Source: Opitutaceae bacterium (GTDB lineage: Bacteria > Verrucomicrobiota > Verrucomicrobiia > Opitutales > Coraliomargaritaceae). Taken from it: a stretch of DNA of 64,000 bases. The stretch is taken from positions 64,001 through 128,000 of the forward strand of contig JBPOFY010000001.1 in the NCBI GenBank assembly GCA_051252375.1, written 5' to 3'. The position numbers and the translations under genes were made by a program. The notes beneath the pieces were generated by a model. The model was not told where the DNA came from and ran no database searches. It saw only the letters and a program-made list of their open reading frames with translations. Positions 50,543 through 60,827 of this stretch are shown here, piece by piece. Within the stretch, counting starts at the first letter, position 1, and the number at the start of each line of letters is the position of its first letter.

Positions 50543-51859
50543 ATGAACTGGATCGAAACTAAGCTTGTAGCCTTTGACGACCGTATCGCTTGTTATGAAG
50601 CAGGACGGTGTTGGACCTTTAAAGACCTCTGCGAATCCATAGAAGCCATCGCATCAAAGCTGCCATCGACACCTGCGGTCATTGCCATTCAAACAGAGAC
50701 AAGTATCGAAGGTCTAGCCGCACTGCTCGCCATTGCTCAGACACAGCACATCGCCCTACCGCTTCCGGCAGAATTACCAACAATCGAGCAAGCCGACATG
50801 CAAGAGATTGCAGCGGCGGATTATCGCCTCATCGGCACGGGACAGACTATCGCACTTATCGAACAAGCCAGTCCAGAACGCCCAAAAATCTACGATCAAT
50901 TGCAAAGCAGTGGACTCGTGCTCTTTAGTAGTGGCACCAGCGGCAAACCAAAGGGCATGCTGCATAATTTGGACACTCTACTCGACCGCTATAAAAGCAT
51001 AAACACCCGCCAAGATCGCAGCCTACTTCTATTGCTCATTGATCATATCGGCGGATTGGACAGTGCCTTTCGCACGCTCTTCGCTGGGTCAACACTCGTC
51101 ATACCAGAAGCACGCACGCCCGAAGCCGCCGGAGCCGCCATTGCTAAACATGCGGTTAACATACTGCCCGCCTCGCCGACTTTCCTCAACCTAATGTGCC
51201 TCGCTCACACACCCGAGAAGCACGACTGCAGCTCTGTCGAAATCATCGCCTACGGAGCCGAGGCTATGCCAGCACCGCTACTACAACGTGTTGCAGAAGC
51301 TTTCCCTAATGCCGATCTACAACAGAAATTTGGCACCAGCGAAACAGGTGCGGTTCGTATCAAAAGTGAAAACAAAAGCAGCCTTTTCTTTAAAATCGAA
51401 GACCGCGACACAGAGTGGAAAGTCATTGAAGACGAGCTTTGGCTCAAAACACCTTCCCGGATCATTGGTTACTTCAACGCCGACGAAAGTTCACTCGAGG
51501 CAAACGGTTGGTATCGCACAGGCGACCTCGTCGAAGAAGGCAGCGAGGGTCACATCCGCATCATCGGCCGCGCCAGCGCGGTGATCAATGTTGGCGGACA
51601 AAAAGTGCACCCTGCGGAAATCGAAACGGTGCTTCGCGACATTCCGGAGATTGAAGATTGCCGAGTATTTGCAAAGGAAGACCCTATCACCGGCAGCGCG
51701 ATAGTCTGCGAAATCGTCAGCCAAGCCACCCACGAAACACGCGCTTGGAAACGACTCATTCGCAACCATTGCCGCGGCAAACTCGCCCCGTGGAAAATAC
51801 CCAGCCAGGTGACGATCACCCAAAATTTAAACATCAACGCCCGCCTCAAGAAGGCATAA
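50543..51859 (+). CDS. AMP-binding (ANL) acyl--CoA/ACP ligase
   Basis: FSSGTSGKPKG, FGTSE, YRTGD, GGQKVHPAEIE and WKIP motifs. Confidence 0.92.
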   Translation: MNWIETKLVAFDDRIACYEAGRCWTFKDLCESIEAIASKLPSTPAVIAIQTETSIEGLAALLAIAQTQHIALPLPAELPTIEQADMQEIAAADYRLIGTGQTIALIEQASPERPKIYDQLQSSGLVLFSSGTSGKPKGMLHNLDTLLDRYKSINTRQDRSLLLLLIDHIGGLDSAFRTLFAGSTLVIPEARTPEAAGAAIAKHAVNILPASPTFLNLMCLAHTPEKHDCSSVEIIAYGAEAMPAPLLQRVAEAFPNADLQQKFGTSETGAVRIKSENKSSLFFKIEDRDTEWKVIEDELWLKTPSRIIGYFNADESSLEANGWYRTGDLVEEGSEGHIRIIGRASAVINVGGQKVHPAEIETVLRDIPEIEDCRVFAKEDPITGSAIVCEIVSQATHETRAWKRLIRNHCRGKLAPWKIPSQVTITQNLNINARLKKA

Positions 51860-51866
51860 AAATTAC

Positions 51867-52769
51867 ATGCAACCTACACTCTTAATTCTAGCTGCCGGAA
51901 TGGGCAGCCGCTACGGCGGTCTCAAGCAACTCGACCCCATGGGTCCAAACGGCGAAACCGTGCTCGACTACTCCGTTTTCGACGCGATCCGCGCGGGCTT
52001 CGGCAAAGTCGTTTTCGTCATCCGGCGCGATTTCGCTGATGCGTTCAAAACTGCGGTCGGCGATAAATTTCGCGACCGTATCGAAGTCGCTTACGCTTTC
52101 CAAGAGCTACACGATCTACCCGAAGGTTTCACCATCCCTGCTGGTCGAGAAAAACCATGGGGCACCGCCCACGCGGTTCGCGCTGCTCGCAACGACATCA
52201 ACTCTCCCTTTGCCGTGATCAATGCAGACGACTTTTACGGGCAAGATGCTTATCAACAGCTCGCCGATTATTTCAACCAAAGTAACGATGAGCCCGAACT
52301 GCGCACCTGCATGGTCGGTTATCGTCTAGAAAACACTTTATCTGAGCATGGCTCGGTCAATCGTGGACTCTGCCTCGTCGAGGACGGCTTTCTCAAAGGA
52401 GTCGAAGAACACACCGTGATCGCAAAGGGCGAAGACGGCATCGTTCGCGGCAGTAACTTAACCAATCAACGAGTCAACATCGTGGCAGATGCGATCGTCT
52501 CAATGAATTTTTGGGGTTTCACGCCGGCACTATTTGCCAGCTTAGAAGCGCACTTCGTGGAATTCCTTGGCAAGCACGGCTCTGAAATGAAGTCCGAGTG
52601 CTACATCCCCACAGTCATCGATGAGTTGATACAATCAGAGCAAACTGATTGCGCTGTGATTGAGACAAGCGGTTCGTGGTTCGGCGTCACCTATCCCGAC
52701 GACAAGCCTTTCGTGCAATCCAGTATCCAAACGCTGATCGCCTCGGGCGAGTATCCCGCAAATCTATAA
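51867..52769 (+). CDS. Sugar-phosphate nucleotidyltransferase
   Basis: LAAGMGSRYGGLKQ, KPWGTAHA and INADDFYG motifs. Confidence 0.9.
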   Translation: MQPTLLILAAGMGSRYGGLKQLDPMGPNGETVLDYSVFDAIRAGFGKVVFVIRRDFADAFKTAVGDKFRDRIEVAYAFQELHDLPEGFTIPAGREKPWGTAHAVRAARNDINSPFAVINADDFYGQDAYQQLADYFNQSNDEPELRTCMVGYRLENTLSEHGSVNRGLCLVEDGFLKGVEEHTVIAKGEDGIVRGSNLTNQRVNIVADAIVSMNFWGFTPALFASLEAHFVEFLGKHGSEMKSECYIPTVIDELIQSEQTDCAVIETSGSWFGVTYPDDKPFVQSSIQTLIASGEYPANL

Positions 52770-52770
52770 C

Positions 52771-52803
52771 AAAAAAGGCGACACCTCGCAGTGCCGCCTT
52801 TTG
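52771..52803. terminator. Bidirectional rho-independent terminator
   Basis: aaaaaaggcgacac-ctcgca-gtgccgcctttt between convergent genes. Confidence 0.75.
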
Positions 52804-52810
52804 TGTAAAG

Positions 52811-53461
52811 TTATTGAGTCGCCGGAGGTGGCGCCGGATCTTGCGAAACGACTTCACCTTTTTGAGCGGAACGGTTTTTGAAGAAGCGGAAGATCGTGCG
52901 GATCACGTAGTAGAGCAAAACCAATACAAGTAAACCAGCCAGGAGCGGGATCAGGATCGCTAAGCCAGCAGTCAAAATCGAACCTCCGAGCTCAGCCGTA
53001 GAGACTACTGGGTTACCAATACCTCCAGTCGTTGCAGTGGAAGTGCCACGCGTAATCACCGATGCGCCTTGCACCAAACCGGCGGTGCCACCGCCCATGA
53101 TTGCAGCAGCTGCCCACTTAACCGAACCATCTCCGATAAAGTCAGGCATCATTTCGCCAGAGATAAAGGTGCCAGCGATCACAGCTGCTGGTGTCGCAAT
53201 CGAATCCAGCGCATTATCCAGCCACGGGATATAATAACTGCCGATTTCAACCACAGTAGCGATCCCCAGCGTGATTGTCGCTAGATCACTTCCAAGCCAG
53301 TGATGCTCACCTAGAAGCTCCTGCATGTTGAAATTCATCAACAGCTCTGTCTCGTAACCTGTATTAGCCGCGAGACTCGCAATAAACAGAGGGACAAAGA
53401 CACGAAAACCGCAGGCCGCCGCTAATCCGACCCCTGCAAAAATTGCTAACATTTCATTCAT
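52811..53461 (-). CDS. DUF4126 membrane protein
   Basis: GLAAACGFRVFVPL, YYIPWLDNALD and TGGIGNPVVST.E motifs. Confidence 0.88.
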   Translation of the reverse strand: MNEMLAIFAGVGLAAACGFRVFVPLFIASLAANTGYETELLMNFNMQELLGEHHWLGSDLATITLGIATVVEIGSYYIPWLDNALDSIATPAAVIAGTFISGEMMPDFIGDGSVKWAAAAIMGGGTAGLVQGASVITRGTSTATTGGIGNPVVSTAELGGSILTAGLAILIPLLAGLLVLVLLYYVIRTIFRFFKNRSAQKGEVVSQDPAPPPATQ

Positions 53462-53516
53462 AACAAATAACTATTGTAAGCGATATGACCGCAGGTGGAA
53501 GCTTAGAGTTCCATGC

Positions 53517-53550
53517 AAAAAAAGGCCCGAGGTGCATCACCTCGGGCCTT
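53517..53550 (-). terminator. Rho-independent terminator
   Basis: aaggcccgaggtg-cat-cacctcgggcctt; the A run on its left is a U-tract on the minus strand. Confidence 0.85.
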
Positions 53551-53580
53551 AAAAGACAAAATACTTATACGTTTCTTGGC

Positions 53581-54762
53581 TTATTCACCCTTACGGAACT
53601 TGCTCAGCAAGTATTCCATGTGCTTGCCGGCAGCCTCACGGCCACCCAGTCCAAAGGACAAGGCTACAGCAATTGCAATCGCGCCAAGTGATAAACCAAA
53701 TGCGAGGTTCACAATCGTATCAGCGATGCCCATAGCATTGAGCCCGATGGCTAGAACCAAGGCAAGAATGGCATAACGAGCTACTGCTGCGAGTGGGTTC
53801 ACCCCTTCAGATTGGCTCAACAACTTGTAAGCCATGTTAGCGAAAAAGTTACCAACTGCTAGAATGATGAGGCCGAGAACGATCTGCCCCGCTAAAACTA
53901 GAAGGCCGCTCAGCACGACTGCGATCTCTGCCATGCCCAGTTTTTCGAGAGCGGAAATAACCGCTGTAAACATGATGAAGAAGAAAACAACACTGCCTGT
54001 AAGCTTCGACAACGCGAAGCCGTTACCAGCAAGGGCTTCGAGACCGAGCTTTGCTGGGAGTTTATCAGCGCCGAGGTTTTTCAAAAGTTCAACAAGCATT
54101 GAAACAACAAACTTACCAACAATGAAGAAGACCCCGAGAATGATGCCCGCACCGATGATATCGGGAACTGCTGCGAGTAATTCACCCAGCATCGAAGTTG
54201 CTGGATCTGAAATAGCCGCCATTTGAAGCGTATCCAACGCAACGATCAGAATCGGAACAAAGATGAAGAGAAACACTAATTGCTGAACAAGCTTGGATAG
54301 ACTGACATTGCCACTTAGACCTATTTTCTCGGAAAGTGCATCCACGCCCTTAGCGGCAACACCAACAACCGCCGAGACGACTTTTGCGATAATGAAACCA
54401 GCATAGCCGATGACTCCTGCAGCAATCAGATTCGGGATGTAGCCGACAAACTGGTCGAACATGTTCTGCAAAGGAGCTAAAACGCCCTCAACACCCAAGA
54501 TACTCAAGACGAGCAGCAAAACATAAAGAAGTGCCAAATAGTAGACGAAAGTCGAAAGCGGTGATTCGACGCTCAACTGCTTTTCGCGGTCTTTGTTGAT
54601 CCGCTCATTCAGTTTAAGGGCGGCGAGTAGGCAACTGAACCCCTTACGAATCAGACTCGCGAGGATCAAACCGACGATCAGTATGATGACCGCGGCAAGT
54701 GCACTCGGCATAAAGGCACCCAGTTTTTGTAAAAACGGTGATAGGAAGCTATTTTCGGCCAT
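53581..54762 (-). CDS. Membrane protein of repeated MscS/CmpX-type TM-helix modules
   Basis: Repeated (Y/F)xP.l.aA.iI modules; ends ALSFGLGGREAA; no cytoplasmic MscS beta domain. Confidence 0.8.
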   Translation of the reverse strand: MAENSFLSPFLQKLGAFMPSALAAVIILIVGLILASLIRKGFSCLLAALKLNERINKDREKQLSVESPLSTFVYYLALLYVLLLVLSILGVEGVLAPLQNMFDQFVGYIPNLIAAGVIGYAGFIIAKVVSAVVGVAAKGVDALSEKIGLSGNVSLSKLVQQLVFLFIFVPILIVALDTLQMAAISDPATSMLGELLAAVPDIIGAGIILGVFFIVGKFVVSMLVELLKNLGADKLPAKLGLEALAGNGFALSKLTGSVVFFFIMFTAVISALEKLGMAEIAVVLSGLLVLAGQIVLGLIILAVGNFFANMAYKLLSQSEGVNPLAAVARYAILALVLAIGLNAMGIADTIVNLAFGLSLGAIAIAVALSFGLGGREAAGKHMEYLLSKFRKGE

Positions 54763-54942
54763 AATATTATTGAGTTAGTGGTTATGAGTCATGTCGGCAA
54801 CTGTCGACACGACAAAACATAGACATAAAACCTCCATTATCAAGAAGATAGAAAAACCGAACACCACGCGCCCAGAAGGCAACATAGAACAAAAATCGAC
54901 CATCAATAGATGATCGACCAAGCACACAAAACTGTAGAGCTA

Positions 54943-57906
54943 TTAAGTTATCGGACGGCTCGACGCTTCGACGATTTTAGCGTAAATCTCGTCAACTGGC
55001 ATCTTCGCAAGTTCGCGGGAAGTGATCCGCGCAACATTGAGCTCTGGCAGAGTTTCCAATGATTCAGAAAGGCAAACATCGCGATTCGCTTCGACTTCTT
55101 CCACGCGATCAATCGGCGTGAAGTGCGGCGCGGAGTTCAGCACCTGTGGATGCTCCTTCACCAGCTTAATGATCGCTTTAACGGCATCAGCGAATCGATC
55201 CAACTCTGCCTTGGTATAGCTTTCGGTCGGCTCAATCATGAGACCAAGCGGCTCGGGCCATGCAACTGTCGGCGCGTGAAAACCAAAATCAAGGAAGAGC
55301 TTTCCAATCCGTGGTGCGGCATCGGTCTTGCGCAAACCTACCGATTCGAGGGCACCAAAGTCTTCTGGCTTCAAAGTGAGAATGAACTCGTGCATGCGCG
55401 GCTCCGAGTCCGAACCAGCAGGAAGTGTCGCATAATCGGTTTCCATCTGCTTGTGCAGATAACGCGCACTCAGCACAGCCATGGCTGACATACGGCGCAC
55501 ACCCTCACGCCCAAGACGCAGCAAATAAGTATAGCAGCGCACCTTGTGAGCGAAATTCCCCCAGTGGCGATGGAAAGAACCGATGGATTTCTCCGCTTTG
55601 ACCGGACGGTAGAGCTCGCCATCAAACTCGATCTGATGACCAGGCAAATAAGGCAACAGAAGTTCGCTGACCGCAACCATCGCGTCGCCAGGACCTCCAC
55701 CGCCGTGTGGAATCGTCCAGGTTTTGTGCAAGTTATTGTGAACCGCATCCACTCCGAGCGCACCGAGATCCACCCAGCCAGCAATGGCATTCATGTTCGC
55801 GCCATCCATATAAACTAGACCGCCAGCTTCGTGAACCTTTTCGGCAATCTGCTTAAAAGAGGTCTCAAAAATACCACTCGTATTCGGATTCGTGATCATG
55901 ATACCGGCAATACGGTTGCCATATTCTTCGATTCGACGATCCAGATCCTCATTCAACACACGACCAGCGACATCCGCATCGAGGTATACAATCTTACCTT
56001 TTTTGCCGGTGAAGCCTGCCATTGTGGCTGTGGCAAAATTCGTCCCGTGAGCGGAGCGAGGAATCAACACCACGTCACGCACTTCACCACGATCACTGTG
56101 GTAAGCTTGGAACAACTTCAGCCCGACCAACTCACCTTGGGCACCCGCTAGCGGTTGCGTCGTGACACCAGCTAGACCTGTGATCTTCTTGAACCACTCC
56201 TGAGTCTCATGCAGCACATAGAAACAGCCTTGCGCATCTTCAATGGGCGCTTGCGGGTGCACATCAGTGAATCCAGGCAAACCAGCCGCCCAGTCATTCA
56301 CCAAGGGATTATACTTCATGGTGCAGGAACCCAGTGGGTAGCAGCCGTCATCGGGGCTGACATTCAAGTCTCCAAGCTTGGTGTAATATTCAATGACCTC
56401 CTTAGCGCTATACTGCGGGAGACCTGGAGCAGATGCTCTTAAAAATTTGTCACCGACTGGTTTCAATTGCGCTGCACTCCCCTCGCCATCACTACCAAAT
56501 ACATCCGCAAAGACTGCCACAAGGGCTGCCAAATCTTGCTCACGATTCGAGAATGACAACTTGAGCAACGAACGCCCACCTTCGATTCGGCCTGAAACAT
56601 CCGCTCCCGCTAGAATGCCCTTCGTTCTGGCTGCAGCCAAAACATCGGCAACCGATTTAGAGAGCTCAAATGTCACCTCATGGAAACATACACTCTCAGG
56701 AAACGCTAAAGTCACACCTTCCAAGGCAGTCAACGCCTCCACTGCTGATTTCAATCGCATGCGGATGGTGCCTAGAATCTCACCAAGCCCGGCATCGCCA
56801 CGCTCTAAGAGAGCAGCACCGACCAATGTGGCTACGAATGCCTGATTCGAGCAAATGTTGGACGTCGCCTTATCCTTGCGAATATGTTGCTCGCGCGTGG
56901 AAAGGACGCCCACGCGGCAATCTCGCCCAGAAGAGTCCTTGGCTTTGCCGATAAAACGACCAGGTGCCGCACGGACGCCGTTACGGTCCTTAGATGAAAA
57001 GCGCACACCGAAGAGCCCGAGGCCCGGTCCGCCAAAATTGGGCGCCAGTGCAAGGTGCTGCGCTTCGCCTACAATGATATCCGCACCCTTCTCGCCAAAT
57101 TCAGACGGTGGCTTCAAGCCACCTTTCGTCAGAAGCAATGGATCGATCACAGCGACCGACTTTACGCCTGATTCGGCAGCAAGATTTGTAAGCTCATCTA
57201 CCGACTCAATTAAGCCGAAAGTATTGACCTGCGGGAACACAATCACGGCCAAGCGATCGAGTGAGGCGTCCACCGCGACCTTCAAGGCATCGAAATCAAT
57301 ACAACCTGTCGCCGCATCGGCGGGCACACGGATCAACTCGACTTCAGTCTCCTCCGAGAGCGTTGCTAAAACCTCAAGATCTCCGGGGTAAAGCGTTTCG
57401 GGGATAATCGCAGCAGTTTTGCCACGACTCATACGAATGGCCGCGCAAATACCCTCAAAAATGGAAGTGGATCGGTCGTAGAGCGAGGCATTGACCGCCT
57501 CAAATCCAGTCAGCCGCGCCATGGAACATTGGTAGATCCAGTGTGCAATCAAGGTGCCTTGGCTCAGCTCCGGCTGGTATGGCGTGTAAGCCGTCGTCAT
57601 GTTACGAATATCGCAAACAGGGCCAATCACCGGAGAAGGCTCTAAATCCAACACGCCATCACCGAGAAAGCTCGTGCCAACGCGGTTCTTTTCGGAAATC
57701 GCCTGCAAGCGGGCTCGAAGCGCCTCATAGTCGAGCTCCTTAGGCAAATCAGGAGCTTCACCAAAAAGCACATCTGCGGGGATATGCTCGAATAGACCCT
57801 CAAAGGAGGTCTTCCCGATACTCGCCAACATTTGCTCTATTTCAGCATCACTGGCAGGGATGTAGTGGCGTGCTTTTTCACGCAAATCGGTCGATTGTGT
57901 GGACAT
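54943..57906 (-). CDS. gcvP: Glycine dehydrogenase (glycine cleavage P protein), single chain
   Basis: YTPYQPELSQG, TREQHIR.DKATSNICSNQA, PLGSCTMKYN and NLHKTW.IPHGGGGPG motifs. Confidence 0.95.
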   Translation of the reverse strand: MSTQSTDLREKARHYIPASDAEIEQMLASIGKTSFEGLFEHIPADVLFGEAPDLPKELDYEALRARLQAISEKNRVGTSFLGDGVLDLEPSPVIGPVCDIRNMTTAYTPYQPELSQGTLIAHWIYQCSMARLTGFEAVNASLYDRSTSIFEGICAAIRMSRGKTAAIIPETLYPGDLEVLATLSEETEVELIRVPADAATGCIDFDALKVAVDASLDRLAVIVFPQVNTFGLIESVDELTNLAAESGVKSVAVIDPLLLTKGGLKPPSEFGEKGADIIVGEAQHLALAPNFGGPGLGLFGVRFSSKDRNGVRAAPGRFIGKAKDSSGRDCRVGVLSTREQHIRKDKATSNICSNQAFVATLVGAALLERGDAGLGEILGTIRMRLKSAVEALTALEGVTLAFPESVCFHEVTFELSKSVADVLAAARTKGILAGADVSGRIEGGRSLLKLSFSNREQDLAALVAVFADVFGSDGEGSAAQLKPVGDKFLRASAPGLPQYSAKEVIEYYTKLGDLNVSPDDGCYPLGSCTMKYNPLVNDWAAGLPGFTDVHPQAPIEDAQGCFYVLHETQEWFKKITGLAGVTTQPLAGAQGELVGLKLFQAYHSDRGEVRDVVLIPRSAHGTNFATATMAGFTGKKGKIVYLDADVAGRVLNEDLDRRIEEYGNRIAGIMITNPNTSGIFETSFKQIAEKVHEAGGLVYMDGANMNAIAGWVDLGALGVDAVHNNLHKTWTIPHGGGGPGDAMVAVSELLLPYLPGHQIEFDGELYRPVKAEKSIGSFHRHWGNFAHKVRCYTYLLRLGREGVRRMSAMAVLSARYLHKQMETDYATLPAGSDSEPRMHEFILTLKPEDFGALESVGLRKTDAAPRIGKLFLDFGFHAPTVAWPEPLGLMIEPTESYTKAELDRFADAVKAIIKLVKEHPQVLNSAPHFTPIDRVEEVEANRDVCLSESLETLPELNVARITSRELAKMPVDEIYAKIVEASSRPIT

Positions 57907-58051
57907 TTGGAAAGATGAGATCGGATTATTGTGACGCCTTAGTGAAAATTGAGAAACGGCGCATTAGTTGATTGCCAGACAAAGCCTGTCTTATTGCATC
58001 GCAAGTATCTTTATATGATATTCGAGAATTTACTCTCAAATTGATCAAATA

Positions 58052-59146
58052 TTGACCGATCCGATGCTAGAAATCCCACTTCATAATTTTCATGCCGAAC
58101 AAGGCGCCCGCTTCGTCGCCTTCGGCGGCTGGAACATGCCCGTGCAATATTCCAGTATTCTGGAAGAACATAAAGCCGTCCGCACCACAGCGGGCCTTTT
58201 TGACGTCAGCCACATGGGCGAATTTCACGTTTATGGTGCCGATGCGGCACTGTTCCTCGATCGCTTGGTTGTCAACGCGGTGCGCAAGGCACCCGTAGGC
58301 AAAGCTGTTTACTCCCCAATGTGTATGGGCGACGGCGGCGTGGTCGACGATTTGATTATTTATCGAACCGGCGAAGAAACCTTCCTCGTTTGTGTCAATG
58401 CCAGCAACATCGAGAAAGACTTCGGATGGTTCCTAAAGCAAGCCGAGCGCTGGGCGCTGGATGTCGAAATCGAAGACCACTCAGACGAATATGCCTTACT
58501 AGCGCTACAAGGACCTAAGGCGGAAGCGATTTTATTGGCGATCGGTCTGGACGAAGTCAGTGACATCAAGCGTTTCTGGCATGCGCAGATCAGCTTCTCG
58601 GGAGAGAAAATTCGCGTCTGCCGCACAGGATATACCGGTGAAGACGGCTTCGAAATTTATAGTTCGCCAAAAGCAGCCGAGCAATTGGCTAAGCAAATTT
58701 TGATCGAAGGCGAAGCATTCGGGCTAAAACTCTGCGGGCTGGGGGCACGCGACAGCCTCCGACTGGAGGCAGGGCTTCCGCTCTATGGTCACGAATTGAG
58801 TGACAACATCACTCCCTTGGAAGCCAGCCTCGACTGGACAGTGAAACTCAACAAAGAAGACTTCATCGGGAAAAATGCACTGACCGAGCAAAAGGAAAAC
58901 GGCATCCCGCGCCGCGTGCTACACTTCAAGCTAGAAGGTCGTCGCATCGCCCGCGAAGGCACACCAGTTATCAACGATGCCGGCGAAGCGATCGGCAAAG
59001 TGCTATCCGGCACCTTATCGCCGATGATCAATTGCCCCATTGGCAGCGCGATCATCAATAGCGATTCACTTGATGGACCGCTCTTCGTAGATCTTCGAGG
59101 CAACAAGCTGGCACTTCAAATTGCCAAACCGCCGCTACATAAATAG
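58052..59146 (+). CDS. gcvT: Glycine cleavage aminomethyltransferase T
   Basis: [26 protein letters not shown] and [13 protein letters not shown] motifs; start TTG 58052 or ATG 58064. Confidence 0.97.
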   Translation: MTDPMLEIPLHNFHAEQGARFVAFGGWNMPVQYSSILEEHKAVRTTAGLFDVSHMGEFHVYGADAALFLDRLVVNAVRKAPVGKAVYSPMCMGDGGVVDDLIIYRTGEETFLVCVNASNIEKDFGWFLKQAERWALDVEIEDHSDEYALLALQGPKAEAILLAIGLDEVSDIKRFWHAQISFSGEKIRVCRTGYTGEDGFEIYSSPKAAEQLAKQILIEGEAFGLKLCGLGARDSLRLEAGLPLYGHELSDNITPLEASLDWTVKLNKEDFIGKNALTEQKENGIPRRVLHFKLEGRRIAREGTPVINDAGEAIGKVLSGTLSPMINCPIGSAIINSDSLDGPLFVDLRGNKLALQIAKPPLHK

Positions 59147-59178
59147 TCTGCTCGATTGCTCGGGCATTTGACCGACTT

Positions 59179-60240
59179 CTACTCCTCAGATCCAGTCTGA
59201 AGTTGTTTAGCTTCGGCATCCGTAGGTGCGACAACAGCCGAACTGAGCACGGTATCTTTCTCAGGACGTGGTAGCGTTTTCACAGAAAACTCTAGCTCCT
59301 CCTCGCCGCGCTTCACATGAATCGAGGCAAATTGGTTCGCTCGGGTGAAGAAAATCGCCCCAGGCACATCGGAAACATCTGCGATCTCACGCCCACTAAT
59401 CGAGAGCAATTGATCGCCCTCCAATAGTCCGGCCTCTTCTGCGGGAGCACCTTCAACCACCTTGGAAAGAATGACCCCTTGGCTGTCATCCAGATTCAAA
59501 TGGCTTCTGACTTCAAAGCCCATCCAGCTATGAATGACATGACCCGAAAACAGTAGATCGTCTCGCACCCGTGCCAAAGCGGCAGCTGGCAGACAATAAG
59601 AGGCATCCAAATCAGGCACTGAAGCCACCGTCATACCGATAAATCGGCCATTTATATCAAGAATGGGGCAACCGCCTTGCCCCGCCTCGACCGAAATCGA
59701 TGTGCGGATATACTCAGTAGGAAATAATTGATTACCCAGTTTCTTCTCACTTCCGGTAAAAATGCCCATGGAAGGGGATGGATCAAAATCCAACGGACAG
59801 GTTATCGCGACCGCGATGGAGCCCACTGAAGGACGCGCGACGCTGGTATCAATTGGAATAATTGAAAAACCTTTTGGTGGCTCTAATACCTTAAGAACGG
59901 AAACATTCGTTAAACGATCATGCCCCACAGGCTCCGTCGCATACGATTTGCCTTCATACTCGACCCAAACACGCTCTGCCCCAGCCGCGCGGCTCGCACT
60001 GACCAAGACATGACCTTCTTTACTGATGAAAAAACCGGTGCCCACACGGAGCATCACTTGCTTCTTATCATCGACATCGGGGCCGATATACGCGCCTTTC
60101 ACGCGAACGACTGCGGCCTTATTTTGCTCAAAGACTGAAATCAGGCGCTGTTGCAGCGCAAGCGCGTCAGTTGGATTCGCAAAGGCGGAAACCGCGCCAA
60201 AGCCTAGGATACAAATAATCCAAGCAACAAGAGATCGCAT
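59179..60240 (-). CDS. HtrA/DegS-like trypsin + PDZ protein with a degenerate catalytic triad
   Basis: Signal peptide; GTGFFISKEG, WMG and PDZ (GAPAEEAGLLEGD) motifs; triad positions altered. Confidence 0.85.
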   Translation of the reverse strand: MRSLVAWIICILGFGAVSAFANPTDALALQQRLISVFEQNKAAVVRVKGAYIGPDVDDKKQVMLRVGTGFFISKEGHVLVSASRAAGAERVWVEYEGKSYATEPVGHDRLTNVSVLKVLEPPKGFSIIPIDTSVARPSVGSIAVAITCPLDFDPSPSMGIFTGSEKKLGNQLFPTEYIRTSISVEAGQGGCPILDINGRFIGMTVASVPDLDASYCLPAAALARVRDDLLFSGHVIHSWMGFEVRSHLNLDDSQGVILSKVVEGAPAEEAGLLEGDQLLSISGREIADVSDVPGAIFFTRANQFASIHVKRGEEELEFSVKTLPRPEKDTVLSSAVVAPTDAEAKQLQTGSEE

Positions 60241-60245
60241 ACAGT

Positions 60246-60797
60246 CTAGTATACCAAGCTCGCCACACTCGTGCTACCGAAAGCAGGACGAGACGCTGCC
60301 ACATCGGCAGAATAGTCTGCGCTACCTAAGGCTAGCTCATAGCCGTCCATACCAAAATCACGAGTGAATGCGGCATCCGCTGTGTTGGTTTCTGTCGAAA
60401 TACGCTCGATTTGATAATCACGCTGCCCATTTAAAGCCGCTTCATCCAAATCAGACATCGCCATTTCAACGGCCAGAACAGGAGCACTTACAGTGGTTTC
60501 TGTTTCTGCGACATTAAAATCTGTCACACCTGTGCCTACAAAAGCAGGGCGCACCACCATCATCGCGATAAAGAGTGCAGCACAAGCCACGGCAGAGCTC
60601 TGCGCGAAACGGCCGGAAAGTGCTCGGAACACTTGAACGTGCAAGGGATCCTTCTTAACCAGAGTCTGTAACATGCGCTGGTGCAATTCGCGGTCGAATT
60701 TGCCCCAGAAAGCATCGTCAGGACGCTCCATCCGCTTGAGACGGAGAAGATCCTCCACTTTAACTTCTTCTTGATGTTCTTTGGTTGGTTTAGGCAT
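60246..60797 (-). CDS. Putative anti-sigma factor
   Basis: Directly downstream of the ECF sigma; LLRLKR.ERP...FW N-domain plus a single TM. Confidence 0.7.
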   Translation of the reverse strand: MPKPTKEHQEEVKVEDLLRLKRMERPDDAFWGKFDRELHQRMLQTLVKKDPLHVQVFRALSGRFAQSSAVACAALFIAMMVVRPAFVGTGVTDFNVAETETTVSAPVLAVEMAMSDLDEAALNGQRDYQIERISTETNTADAAFTRDFGMDGYELALGSADYSADVAASRPAFGSTSVASLVY

Positions 60798-60827
60798 AAT
60801 CTGATAATTGGTAGTCGCAGGGTAGTT

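Noticed and set aside
57907..58051. Glycine riboswitch between gcvP and gcvT
   Set aside because: Short AT-rich spacer with no recognisable tandem aptamer motifs
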